Shown piece after piece: positions 41,594 to 53,500 of a stretch of DNA of 64,000 bases. Both the position numbers and the translations under genes were made by a program. Under the pieces are notes generated by a model that saw only the letters and a list, made by a program, of their open reading frames with translations, ran no database searches and was not told the DNA's origin. Numbering within the stretch: position 1 is the first letter of the stretch; each line of letters starts with the position of its first letter. The stretch lies in assembly GCA_048213135.1 (NCBI GenBank), contig PS015432.1:1-64000 (forward strand). The letters are read 5' to 3'. The stretch is from Reclinomonas americana ATCC 50394. Its lineage: Eukaryota.

Positions 41594-42061
41594 AGAGTGA
41601 CTCAGTGGAGATGGACTCTCTCTCTCTCTCTCTCNNNNNNNNNNNNNNNNNNNNNNNNNNNNNNNNNNNNNNNNNNNNNNNNNNNNNNNNNNNNNNNNNN
41701 NNNNNNNNNNNNNNNNNNNNNNNNNNNNNNNNNNNNNNNNNNNNNNNNNNNNTGTCTGCGCGTGCGAGAGAGAGAGAGAGAGAGTGAGCAAAGTGACGCG
41801 CCTCTCTCTCTCTCTCCTTGTGTGTGCCTGTGTGCGCAACGGGTACATGTGCTTGTCGCTGGCCCTGTGGCCCAGCAGCGCCTTGCACGACACACATCGA
41901 AGCACTGGCGACTGCGCTGTTCTCTCCACGGCCGGCGTGACGACCTGCACACAGATGCAACCGCCGCGCTCGGGGTCGACGCTTTCACCGACAAAGGCAC
42001 ACGAGTCGCTGACGATTTGCCGACAGGAGCGACACTGGAACACCACGCCTTCGTCGCCCAT
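41486..42061 (-). CDS. Yippee/Mis18-family zinc-binding protein
   Basis: MGDEGVVFQCRSCRQIVSDS...LRCVSCKALLG: two CxxC pairs with Mis18-type flanks; gap inside an intron. Confidence 0.75.
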   Translation of the reverse strand: MGDEGVVFQCRSCRQIVSDSCAFVGESVDPERGGCICVQVVTPAVERTAQSPVLRCVSCKALLGHRASDKHMYPLRTQAHTRRERERRVTLLTLSLSLSHAQTXXXXXXXXXXXXXXXXXXXXXXXXXXXXXXXXXXXXXXXXERERESPSPLSHSLDAMCCDSEAVEAHLSHDFEDFFHGWRARVCERRR

Positions 42062-42119
42062 GACAGCAGCGACAAAGGAACGGACGCAGCGACGAGGAGG
42101 ACGCATACATTTTCCGCGA

Positions 42120-43039
42120 CTACGATTGCACTCGGGCGTGGCGCAGCAGGAGGACGTGATTGCTGCCCTCCGTCTGCTGACTCAGCAGCTGCTTGGTCGT
42201 GGTGGCAGCGGCGGCGGCGGCGGCGGTCTTGATCGGCAAGCCTGTGGGTTTGCCTCCGCTGCCGCCGACGTGACGAATGTCGAGTGCGGCCAGGACCGTG
42301 TGCACCACTTTGGTGACCACGTGGGAGGTCGCCGCTGGCACTGAGCGATGGTGGTGGTGGTACTTGAGCAGGAAGAGTGCGGCGACCAGCAGCACAACGC
42401 TGGAGAACGTCAGTGTGGCGGACCACATGAGGTCGAGCCACGCACTTTGATGACGATGGCAAACGGCCACATTGGCAAAGTCGTGGTGCACTGCGCGATG
42501 CACTGTGCGGCACACACACACACCTCTCGTGTGAGCGTGCACACAGAGGGAGGGAGCGAGGGAGAGAGAGACGTGGAGAGACAAACCAGTCATGTCAAAG
42601 TCAAACACGAGCGGCGTGGAGCCATTGCACTCGTGCAGGGTGTCCACTGCCGCCACCACACGCCACCAGTCGACCGACTGTGGCACAGCTGCTGAGCGTC
42701 GCACCACCAGTCGGTAGTGGCCACTGGCACTCGTCACCGTGGAGGCACTCGTCACCCCATCTTCTACCATGTGCGACAGCGTGACTTTGACGTTGGCCAC
42801 GGCCTGCTGCTGCGCGTCGGTCACAGACCTGCACAGACACACACATGAGAGTGAGCCACGTGCATGCTCGTGTGCGTGCGTGTGTGTGAGTAGTCATTTG
42901 TGTGTGTGACTCACCCAAACACGACCACCAGTGAGGCATCATTGACAACAATCGGCAGCGACAATGCTCCACCATCGCCCACCACTCCGCTGCCTGCCAC
43001 CACGAGCAAGGAAAGAACGAGACACAAAAGTCGATGCAT
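42120..43039 (-). CDS. Type I membrane protein (signal peptide, small beta-sandwich ectodomain, one TM)
   Basis: MHRLLCLVLSLLVVAGSG signal peptide; VFG|SVTDAQQQAVANVKVTL...TVTSASGHYRL resembles carboxypeptidase-regulatory/CnaB-like folds; TM LTFSSVVLLVAALFLL. Confidence 0.65.
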
Positions 43040-43121
43040 CACTTCAATTGCTCTCGAGAGTCAAACGCGAAAAGAGAACAACGCGGGAGGCTCGCGCAGA
43101 AAAACTGTCCTCCTCCGCTGA

Positions 43122-46100
43122 TCAGCGTCCTCCGCCGCGAAGTCGAGCCACTTCGCGTTCCAGCTCAGCGATGCGTTCCATGGCGCGATGCAAATCCGAT
43201 GTTCGTGTGCGTAGAGCGTCGGCAAACTCGGCGGTGACAACCGACACCTGCTGGCGTGCTGCATACGGCGAGAGATACAAACAGTGAGTACTTTTCTCAG
43301 CTCCGCAGCTGCCCGTGTGCGTGTGCGTTCACGCAACGGTCATCGAATTGTGCAAGCAATGGAGAGGCAGGTGTCGGTGGAGCCGAGTTGGCGGCGATAA
43401 AGGCGTCACGGAGAGGGGTGCGGCTCTGTGCAAAGCGATGAGTACAGGCAACACAAAATGCGCTTCATCATCGTCGTCACATACCGAGGACGACACCGAC
43501 AGCGGAGACGATGCCGACGAGGCAGGCGACGAAGCCGATGATGATGAGTTCTGTTGCAGCGCGGTGAGTGACGGTTTCAAGCATTGGTGGGGTGATCTCC
43601 TACCGTGGCCGAGACGGTGCTCGGAACTGAACGCCGCACAGAAACCGGCGCACCCACGAGAATGCCGGCGAGGAACGAGTCCAGTGACGGGTCACGCTCC
43701 CAGGCGCACGCTGCGCGGTGAGAGCTCAGTGACCAGGCGTCTGACTCTATAGATGCACACACACACACAAACACACACACATACCCGAAGACAGTTGCAC
43801 GCCGAGAGCGCCGGTCTGCACCGCATGCAGCGATGAGCGCAAGTTGCGCAGATCCTGCCGCAGTCGCGCACTCTCCTCGGCTCCCAGCGACACGTTGGGT
43901 TGCACTCCCTGCATTGTCAGTGAGTGCAGAGCGAAGGGGAAGAGAGGACAAGAGGATTTTGCGCGCACCGGAACCGTCTCCTCAACCTGTGATGAAAAAA
44001 GACTCTCGGCGTAAGCAACTGGATGCACACACGCACAGCTCTTCATCACAGGACACTCACATCGCAGCTGGCGTACTGCAGCTGAGACACGGTCTTCTGA
44101 ATGGTCTCCAGCCACGACGCCGCTTCGGCCTCCTGCACGCACGAAATGTCCAGTTCCTTGTTTGAGCCGTACACAGTGAACACGTTGGCTGTGCCGGTGC
44201 AGAGATCAGTGGTGCGGGCAACACGACAGACGGCCAGCAACATTGCAGCGTGCGCAACGTCGGTGCGTTTTGACTTCCTTCTCCAGATTGCGTTCGACGC
44301 GCGTGTCGGGCCGGAAGAGAATGACACCAGCCGGCTTCTTGCCGGACCGCACATCGGACTCCTTCTCAAAGTAGAAGAGCGCGTACCGTACCAGGATCAT
44401 GTAGCGACGTGACCAGTTCTGCAAAGAACACTCAGCGACGACAACCAGAAGATGCATCGCGAAAAATGAGTGCACTAGCAAACCTTGCGAACGTGGCCTG
44501 GGCGCAAGACACGAGAGTACGCAGTGTGAGAGATGAAACGCACATACACAACAACAGCACCAGATCAACACACACCGAGCTTCTCCATGTATCCCTCACG
44601 AACAATGCCATCGGACCAGCATGTCGGATCGGCGGCGATCCGTTTGGCGAGCTTGATTGGGTCCTCTGCAACCACGAGTTCAGCCACAAGAAGAGAGCCT
44701 ATTATCAAACAGATGACACCCACCTCCACTCAAATCCGACAGCAGCTGGAAGGACAGTGGTGGCAACGCGGCGGCTCCAGCAGCGGCCGTCGTGGGACTG
44801 AGATCGAGTTCGGCGCCCACCGACTTGGCCACTCGATCCAACAACTCGTTGGTCCACGCGAGTGAGTCGCGCATCTCCATATTAAATCGACGCAACAACT
44901 CGGGCTGCACGAAGAAGCACGTGGTCAGTTGATCTTGGACGATGCACGCTGTCATGGCTGTTGTGCAACTGCCTCGGCCATTGACGCCGCCGATGAACCA
45001 ACCGGCTCGGGCTCCTTGAACTGTGCGCGATCCATTGAGGCAACATGAAGGGAGTTTTTTTTTCCAATCCACAACAGAACGCAACGGCGACGGAGATGCG
45101 GCGCGGCTTGTCGCCAGGCAGTCCGCAGTCAAGTTCAGTTGCCACGACGGCGTGCGGCAGCAATCCAGCCCCACGTCTGTCGAAGCACACATAAGCATCA
45201 CTGCTATGTACAGCTCAAAGACGCAGTGCGCAGACTCACCGCTCCAGTCCGACAAACAGCGGTCCGGCACGAATGGAATTCAGCGTCATGTCGCCCAGCG
45301 GCACCGGCTTGGGCAAGTCGAACTGAATGTGCGCCACTGCGGCGAACACCAAAATCTTGGCAGGAGGCGGCGCTGACGGTGGCAGCTTGGGCATGCCTTG
45401 GCCCACAGCCTTGCCAATCTCTGCAAGCTGCTTGATTCTGCGCGACCAGCACCATGAGCAGGGCAAGCGGCGCGCGCATCTACATCTTCTCTCTCTCTCA
45501 CACACAGGCACCGCAACTGCCACTCGCTTATCCGTCCCTGCACGGGAGACACCTCCACAAATGCCATCAGTTGGTGACGGCAGTTGACGTTGGTCGGATC
45601 CATGATGCCAAGTGCCACTCGCACGCTCAGAGGCGCCAGCAGATACGGAGTCTGTGCATTGGCATCGCGCATGGCCACTCGCACGTCGCCGATGCTGAGT
45701 TCGATGCGCTGCGCAAACAGCGGCAGCTGCTCGGCCACAATGTCGCGGATTTCGTCGAGGCGCACTCGGTCTGCCAGAGACACCTCGGCGGCCACCAGGG
45801 GCGGTGCGAACTTGGAGTACTGCTGCACTGGCAGTCGCGCCGAGACTGCAGAGACACAAGCCAAGCAGTGAGGCGGGCTGCGCAAATGAGAAGAGGAGGG
45901 AATTCTGTGGGCGCCGCAACTCGAATCAATGACCACCTCCAGCGACGGAGACATTTCGAAGAAGTGACCCGTCGGCATGCGCACCACAATGGCGTCAATC
46001 TACAGTGCCGTCACCATGTGAGTGTTATCCGAATTATGCAAACCAAGCGTGGCGCACACAAACGTACCCGAGCCTCGACATTGGGCGGCGGGCCTGCCGC

Positions 46101-48530
46101 TTGCGGGGCCGCTGCCGAGGCCGACGCTCCAGAGAATGATGCAGTCGACAACGAGGACGAACCGGTCGGCGACGCAGCAGCAGCAGTAGGCGACACAGGC
46201 GACGGGGTGGGCGGTGCGGGCAGAGTGGTTTGGAATTTGCCCAGTTGCACCACCAGGTTGAGCACACTGCGCAGCAGTGCCACAGCGGGCATGATCTGCG
46301 TGGGATGAGTGCGTGTCAGCATCTGTCTGCGTGCAGCACAGCACGGCACGGCACGCCCACCTGCAACGGGAACACGCGCGCCTGGATGCTGACCACGGGG
46401 GCGGCTGCGGGGCTTCGCTTGCTGCTGCGCACCAAAAGACGGATACCACCGTCACCCACCGCTGCCATAACAGTCAGGCACAGTCACGGAAAACAATAAA
46501 AATGGGCCACGGAGACGCACGAGGCGATGGACGAGTGGCGATCCAGCTCGCTTGCTCGAAGTCAATAATGGCCGGCCACACTTCCTGTTGCGCCGTAGCG
46601 GCAAGTGGCGAACCTGCGCAGCAATCAATGAATGAGCAAGTGATACAGAGAGAGACTGATTATGGTGTTCCGACGCAACGGTACTCGGCGGCGGTCAGCG
46701 GCCGCAAAATGTCCACGCCCACGGAGCCCTCGGGAACCACCTCGGACAGCCGGAAGTCTGGCAACGACACCTGGATGGTGGTATCCGGTGGTCTCACCAG
46801 CACAGTCACCTGTGCGTTTTTTTCACCAGTGAATCGACTAGAGTTTCCCGAATGAAAGCAAGCCAGCGCACCTTGGTGCCAGTGAGAACAAAGGTCACAC
46901 CGTACAGTGGCCGCGGCTCAAAGATAAAGGTGAACTCCATGCGCGGAATGAGCAAGTTGATCGAGATGGGTGGCGCTGCGGGAGCCGAGCTGTCAACGTC
47001 GCTGCCGGCGGCACTGATGATCGACTGTGCGCCGAGGTCAGCGAGAGCGCGCACACACATCAAGCGCACAGAGCACCAGAATCGTACCTCTTCGTCGACG
47101 GTCGACTCGTCGGAGAACTCCACCTCGTCCATGTTGAGTTTCTGTGCAGGCCGAGTGAGTGAGAGGGAAACCAAATAGAAAAAAGGTGATGGTGAGAGCG
47201 CAACAATGGCGTCGGGTCGGCGGAGGGCGGCTACCAGGGCGTCCATTTCTGACATTCTGCACGCAGTACGTGGTCAGTCTGCCACTCTGCCTTCTTTACC
47301 GACAGCACACTTGCTGGTGGTGCGTACGTACGCCTAAAGAGGCGTGGACTGCGAGTTCTTCTTTGTCCCTTCACTTTCCTCTTTCCCCTCCGCTCCACAC
47401 GCAACTCTTCCGGTGGAGCCGCATCGGCCGGCTTCTTGCGACTCATCGCCTGCTGCGCATACGCCGCAAACGCCATAATGTTGGCCACACCAGAGAAGGA
47501 GATGGCGAGTCCGAGCCGGTCCAGCTGCGTCTCAATCTCGATGCCTAGCAAGCGCACACCGACACGCGACTTTCGCATGGTGATCTGCACAGGGTGAGAC
47601 CACCGTCATGCTAATGTCATCCACTCACACTGGAAGGTCGTCGGCAAACGCAACTCGCGCGTCCACCTGCAGTTCGTCCAGCAGCTTGTTGACATTGCCC
47701 GAGTTGTCAATGAGCGCGGCCGAGATGCCGGCAATCTGCACGCGCTTGAACACAAACATCTCCGCCGGCAGCCCGCGCCCGCTCGTCGGCAACACATCCG
47801 CGAGGTTCTTCACCGGCTCCCACCGCGCATCCGTTGTCTGTGCCGACAGGAAGCGAATGTCGAGCTGAAAGCGTGGCGGACGGGCGGCAAGCGGTGCCAG
47901 CGCGCCAAACTTCGCCACCACCTGTATGTGATTGATGGCCACCGATATCCCGTCGCCTATGCGGTCGCCAAAGCCGTACTTGCGCTTGGCGCTCTTCGCC
48001 GCGTCGTCCTTGGAGGCGTCGGCGGCTGTCTCACTGTCCTCGGCCAAGTTGAGCAGTGTCTTGAGCAAATCGGCCGACTCGTGCCACTGCTCTGTCTCCT
48101 GCACCTCGACCACAATGCTGTCGATTTGCACGCGGATGGGCTTGGTCGACAGCTTGGTCAGTGACAGCTTCACTGTCACGTCGGAGATGAAAATGCGCGT
48201 AAAGGCCAGTTGGCCCACACCGGCCTTGCGCAACAGGTCATTGATGATGTCCACATTGACCTCTGCGTGCGCGTGCGTGTGCGTGTGTGAGAGAGAGAGA
48301 CTGTGTTTGTGTGTATGTGAGCACGCACCAAGGTTGGTGAAGGAGGTCTTGCCGCGCAGAAGCGAGATTTCAAACTGACTCTGATGGAAACCCTGTGTGT
48401 GCATGCATGATGAGCGGAGAAATCAACACACACGAACACACACACTGTGAGAGAGTGAGTAAGAGAGCACCTTGATGAAGATGACCAGGTACTTCTTCAC
48501 AAAGGCAAGGATGAGGCGCTTGAGCAGCAT
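43122..48530 (-). CDS. BLTP3/UHRF1BP1(SHIP164)-like bridge lipid-transfer protein with a PH domain and C-terminal coiled coil
   Basis: Chorein-N-like MLLKRLILAFVKKYLVIFIK|GFHQSQFEISLLRGKTSFTNL|EVN...KLSTKPIRVQIDSIVVEV...YGFGDRIGDGISVAINHIQV; PH domain VREGYMEKLG|HVRK|NWSRRYMILVRYALFYFEKE...KPAGVI...EAASWLETIQ. Confidence 0.8.
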
Positions 48531-48652
48531 GGTCACTGCGCAGACAGCAGAGAAAGCGGAAGACACTCCTGACTGCGGAAAATTTGATTGCAAAACATGT
48601 CCGCCTCTTCTTCATTCAGTCTCTAGTGATTGATTGTGTGCCTCTATTGTAT

Positions 48653-50470
48653 CTATAGGCGCGCGCGAAGCAAGGCTGCAGCAGGCGCGTGATGATGCTC
48701 TTCCGCCGGTGCCGTAGCAGCAGCTGGCAATTTCGGTAGGGCTAGTCGTTCGCGAAGCCACGGAAAGACAACTGTGGACCACCCGTGCTGGCAGCGTGGT
48801 GAGAAGAAGCCGTGGTGACCGACTGCTGTTGCCCCACGCTTCTGGCCGTTGTTGCTGCGAGGGTTGTGTGGAACAGCTGCGTCGCGTGGGTGGAGGTGGA
48901 GGCGGGTAATGTCGGAAACGGCACTGAAGCGACTGGCCAGGTCGTCCACAGCGGCTTTCGGCGCAATAAGCGTGTCGTCGGTGAAACTGAGTGACAGCAC
49001 CGGGGCTCTTGTGGCGCGAGAGAATGTGATCATGAGAGGAAGGGACTTGGTGCGCTGCGCGCGATGATTGCACGTACCGCAGAAACGTGTACGTTGTGTC
49101 TGTGCGAGGAGGAGGGTGAGGAGGATGGAGGCGACGACGAGATGCGGCCAAGGAGAAGACGCACCGAAATCGCGTTTGTGATCTGGTCGCTCCATGTACG
49201 CCGGGTGGAAGCCCCATGTTCCCCACTGCAGCAAGAGAGCAACAAGGATAAGCAGCTCGTCTCCCAAGCCATCAAGGCAGCGCGATCGATGGATGCGCAA
49301 CATTGTTGGCCACTCCGTACGGCAAGTCACCACCCATCTGTGAGACGACAGTGGCAAGTGAGTTGTCAGAGCGAAGGAGTTGTTCACCCTTGCCACACAA
49401 CCGACCTTTAGCATTCCTGCAGAGTCACGAAGAGATGAACGTACACATGCGTGAGAACACTGCAGCGAGAGACACAGCGCAGCGAGTGCCGCACTACCAC
49501 TCACCCATCGGCGCATACCCGAAAATATTATTGATGAGCCACACTGATGGGTACCAGAATGCGAGGACGTTGACCATGCTGCACAAACATTGCACGCAAG
49601 TTGAGTGTCAAGCCTGCCACCCACACCCCTGCTGACGCACCTCATTCCCCTGCAAGAAAACACGAACAAACTTGTTGTTTAGCCCAAGTGGAGGATGTCA
49701 CTCTCTTCCTCTGCAGTGCTGCAGTGACCACGCCGCAACTTCCACAGACGATAGTAACCCGTCTGCGACGCAATCATGACCACGGCATCGATGCGCTCGA
49801 CCAGGTCGCGCGGCAGCAGACCGATCAGCAGGCCAGAGATCGAGTGCACCGCCAGCGTGAGTGGCACATGCGGGAAGCGCTCCAAGGCGTACCTGAGAAG
49901 CGCGCGCACGAGGCAATTAACAACACAACGACACTCTCTCCCTCACTGACACACGCACCGAATGACAGCAGCCAGATCGCGGTGCCCCCAATCGTCCAAG
50001 TCGGCTGCATGCAATCACACAGTCAGTGTTCGAAAAGCACAGCAGCAGCACCAAGCGGACGTTGTCACTCACCACGGAAGCCACGCAGTGACTTGCGTCC
50101 TGGAGGAAACGAGTCACCCGTGCCGCGATAGTCAAACGTGATGGCTGTGTGCGCATCTCACGCGAATCAGATGCATGAATGCAGGCGCTGCAAGAAGTCC
50201 TCTCTCTCTCGCGCGCGCGTGCCACCACGCACCAACCACACCCAACTCACGCACTGCAGCAGTGGCAAATGCATGGTAGAACGATCGTTTCGCACCGAGC
50301 CCCGAGCCGATCACCATCACTGCTGTGGGTGGAGCACCAGCAGCATGCGCATGCAACACACTGCCGGTGAGCACGTACCCATCGGCCGCCACAGTGGTGG
50401 TAAACACCTCTTCTCGCACTGCTGCTGCTGCTGCTGCTGCAGGGTCTCCTGTGGGGGTCTCTGCAGACAT
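48653..50470 (-). CDS. Alpha/beta hydrolase of bacterial COG4757 type with C-terminal PTS1 (ARL)
   Basis: [48 protein letters not shown] (Ser), [18 protein letters not shown] (Asp), VGHHGFF (His); ends LLRARL*. Confidence 0.85.
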
Positions 50471-50555
50471 GTGCGCGTTCGCTTTTCGAGGTGCGTGAGA
50501 AGAGTTGCCTGATTGAGCGCGTGTTCGGCTATAACTACACAAATTTCGCGATTCA

Positions 50556-53500
50556 TTAAGAGAAGTGATTGTCGGTGGCGGCGGTGGCGTCGTCGGTCGG
50601 AAGGCGCCCGACAAGCAGGTAGCCAGAGGCCTGGCCCTTGCCCTTCAAGTCCACTTGTCGCTCGTCGAAGCGGTACCGCTGTCGCGGATTTACAAGGTCG
50701 AATGTCGCTTGACTGATGTGCACATACATCGGTTCGCCGCTGGATTCCATGCGGGAGGCAACATTGACCGTGTCTATGTGGCACGAAGAGAGATTGCGTA
50801 CGTGTGTGAGAAGAGATGTATCGGCAAGCGTGCTTTCGGCATCCCCCAGAAAACGCACCACCCCACATGTCCCACTGGAAGCGCTTGCGACCAATTACAC
50901 CAGCTGTTACAGGACCCGAGTGAATTCCGACTCGGATCTGCGCGCAAGCCCAGGCCCCATAGATCAGTGTTTCTCACACCCACAGAGATCATTCACGGAC
51001 GCGCTCACCTGCAGATTCATCGAAGCGGCGATTTCGATAAAATACAGTGCCGCCTCGATTAGATTTTGGGCGGCCAACGCCGCGGCGGCTGTGTCGGTGG
51101 CGTCCAAGCCACTGCACGCCATGTAGGCGTCGCCCACAGTTTTGATTTTGATTACGTTGTGCTCGTCGGAGACCTCGTCAAAGAGGGTGAACAGCGTGTC
51201 CAGCAGCTCCACCAGCTCAATCGAGGAGATGTCGGAGGACAACTCGGTGAATCCTGCACGCATCAAGAACTCAGTGACCCTGTGTAACAATGCTGTGTGT
51301 GGCAATCACAAGAGGATGTCAAACTCACCGACAATATCCAGGAATCTGTGTTCGTGGGGTGGTGCAAAAAGTGAGGAAAAACACCATCAAAACGTGTTGC
51401 CATCTTGTGACGGGGCACGCAACAGAATGGATGCCCGCTCGTACAGTTCCGCAATGGGCCGATCGTTGTTCTGCAGCCGAGAGGCGATACGGCTCGGCAG
51501 AATGTTCAGCAGCAGGTCGTGGGATTTCTTCTTTTGCTCTTCGAGTTGCAGCTGTCGTTTCTGTTCGTTGCTCAGGTCGCGGAAGAAGCACGTAAAGATC
51601 GGCAGCGAGCCAATGTATCCAAAGTGGAAGGACACCTGAGTACACAAATACGACGTGATATCATCAGGAAACCTGGTGCACTGCTGTGCACACACACAGC
51701 AGCAACTGACCCAGACAGGGAACAAGCTGGACTTTGAGCGCACACGCTGTGCCTCGCCTTCGTCGTCCATCAACATTTCGGTGTCGGCCATCAAGTCGTC
51801 GTCGCCAATCGATGTGTCATGTTCGCCGTTGAACGAGTCCCAGCGAGCGCATTTCATCTGTGCAGCAAATCGCAGAGCGATGCCACTCAGGACACAATAG
51901 CATGCGCGCTGCCAAGCTGGCAGGTGGACTCAAACCTCTCTTTCAAACACACGCGACTGCTTGCGACTCTTGAGGAATTCCTGCACCTCCAGTCGAATCT
52001 CGTTCAGACTTCGCACGTCGAACACTTGTTTCATCTATGTGCACAAGTCAGCACACACAGACGTCTCGCTGCTTGGAAAACAACTGAAGAGATTGTGTCA
52101 CGCACCCCGTCTCCGAGCAGTCGCGTGGCCGGCAGGCCAATCATTTCCTCGGCCGACTTGTTGAGCTGTCTCACACACCCGTTCTGATCAAACTCCATAA
52201 AGCCATCGGCAGCCGTCTCGAGGACCTTTTGCATCTTTTGCTGCCTCTCCGCCACCAGCTTTTGCAAATCCTGGCGGAACGCATGGCTGCGGTCGGCCAC
52301 AAACGCATGAATGTCGGGGATGGAGTCGATGACAGACAGCGGCAGCATCAGCAGCATTTTCGTCGTCCGTTTGTGCTGCGGGCGTAGTCAGTAACGGCGC
52401 TCAGCAAAATGCGAACAAAGACAAAGACAAGGTGGTACGTGCCTCCTCCGAAAGATCGTTGATGAGCGGCCGCATCAACAGCAGGTAGAGCAGCGGGAAC
52501 ACAATCAGGCACACCACCAGGAGCACGGCAGCGGAAACCTCCAGCACCAGAATGATTGGACCGTAGACCTGGGCGGCAGAGGTAAGTTTCCGTCATAAGG
52601 TATGCACACGTTTCTGCAGACAAACCAATGCGAATCGATAAATCAGCTCATTGGTGTACACGATATACGGACCCATCAGCGTCGAAACTGCGCGTGCGTA
52701 CCACGTTAGTGGCTGGGCAGTGCACATTTCTTTAACAGAGTTCTGCTCACCAAATGAAGTCCACACATCCGAGGTAAGGAGTGATGTTCCACGCAATGTC
52801 GTCGTCGCCTGCATGCTGCTCAGGTAGGCAAACAACACACGCACAACGCTGTCAAGCGAGTAGCACGGTGGCGAAGTCCCCTCTGGACACCATCCATTGA
52901 CCAGCACCTGCTCTGCCTGTGTTGGCAAGCGACAACGGAGAAAATACGCCACTGGCAACTGCAAACGCACCTCATCCACACTGTCTACTCTGTGCAGCAG
53001 GCCTGCGCCTCGACCCCCGAGTGCCGCTCCATATAACAAAAAGTCGAATGACGCGCGTGAACGTGCAAGCTGCTCAGCGACAAAGGTTCTGTGCACAACA
53101 AAATTTTCCGAGATGAGCAACGTCTTTGACAACAAGTTGCACAACGTGGTGCGTACGCACGTAGCACTAGCTTCGTCCACCACGGTACTGTAGGCACGTT
53201 GTAGGATGCCGTCTGCAGCAGCGTACAGGCGAGCGTCAAAGTCCTGCGTTTGTACGTGAGCGACTACGCAAACGCAAGCACATGTACACATTATCTCCTC
53301 CTTCCTGTGCAGCTTACCGCCAGTCTCGACGTCTCATCCGACAGGTTGTGGAACGTCTTGTGGTACACCAAGAGCATAACCACAAAGGACATACTGCCGA
53401 GCAGCAACACAAAGGCAGAAAATCCAAACACCAGCAGCAGCTTGCGGAAACTCGTCAATTGTCCTGCGTGTGGACGATGGTAAGCTGCCTGCTGCTCCAC

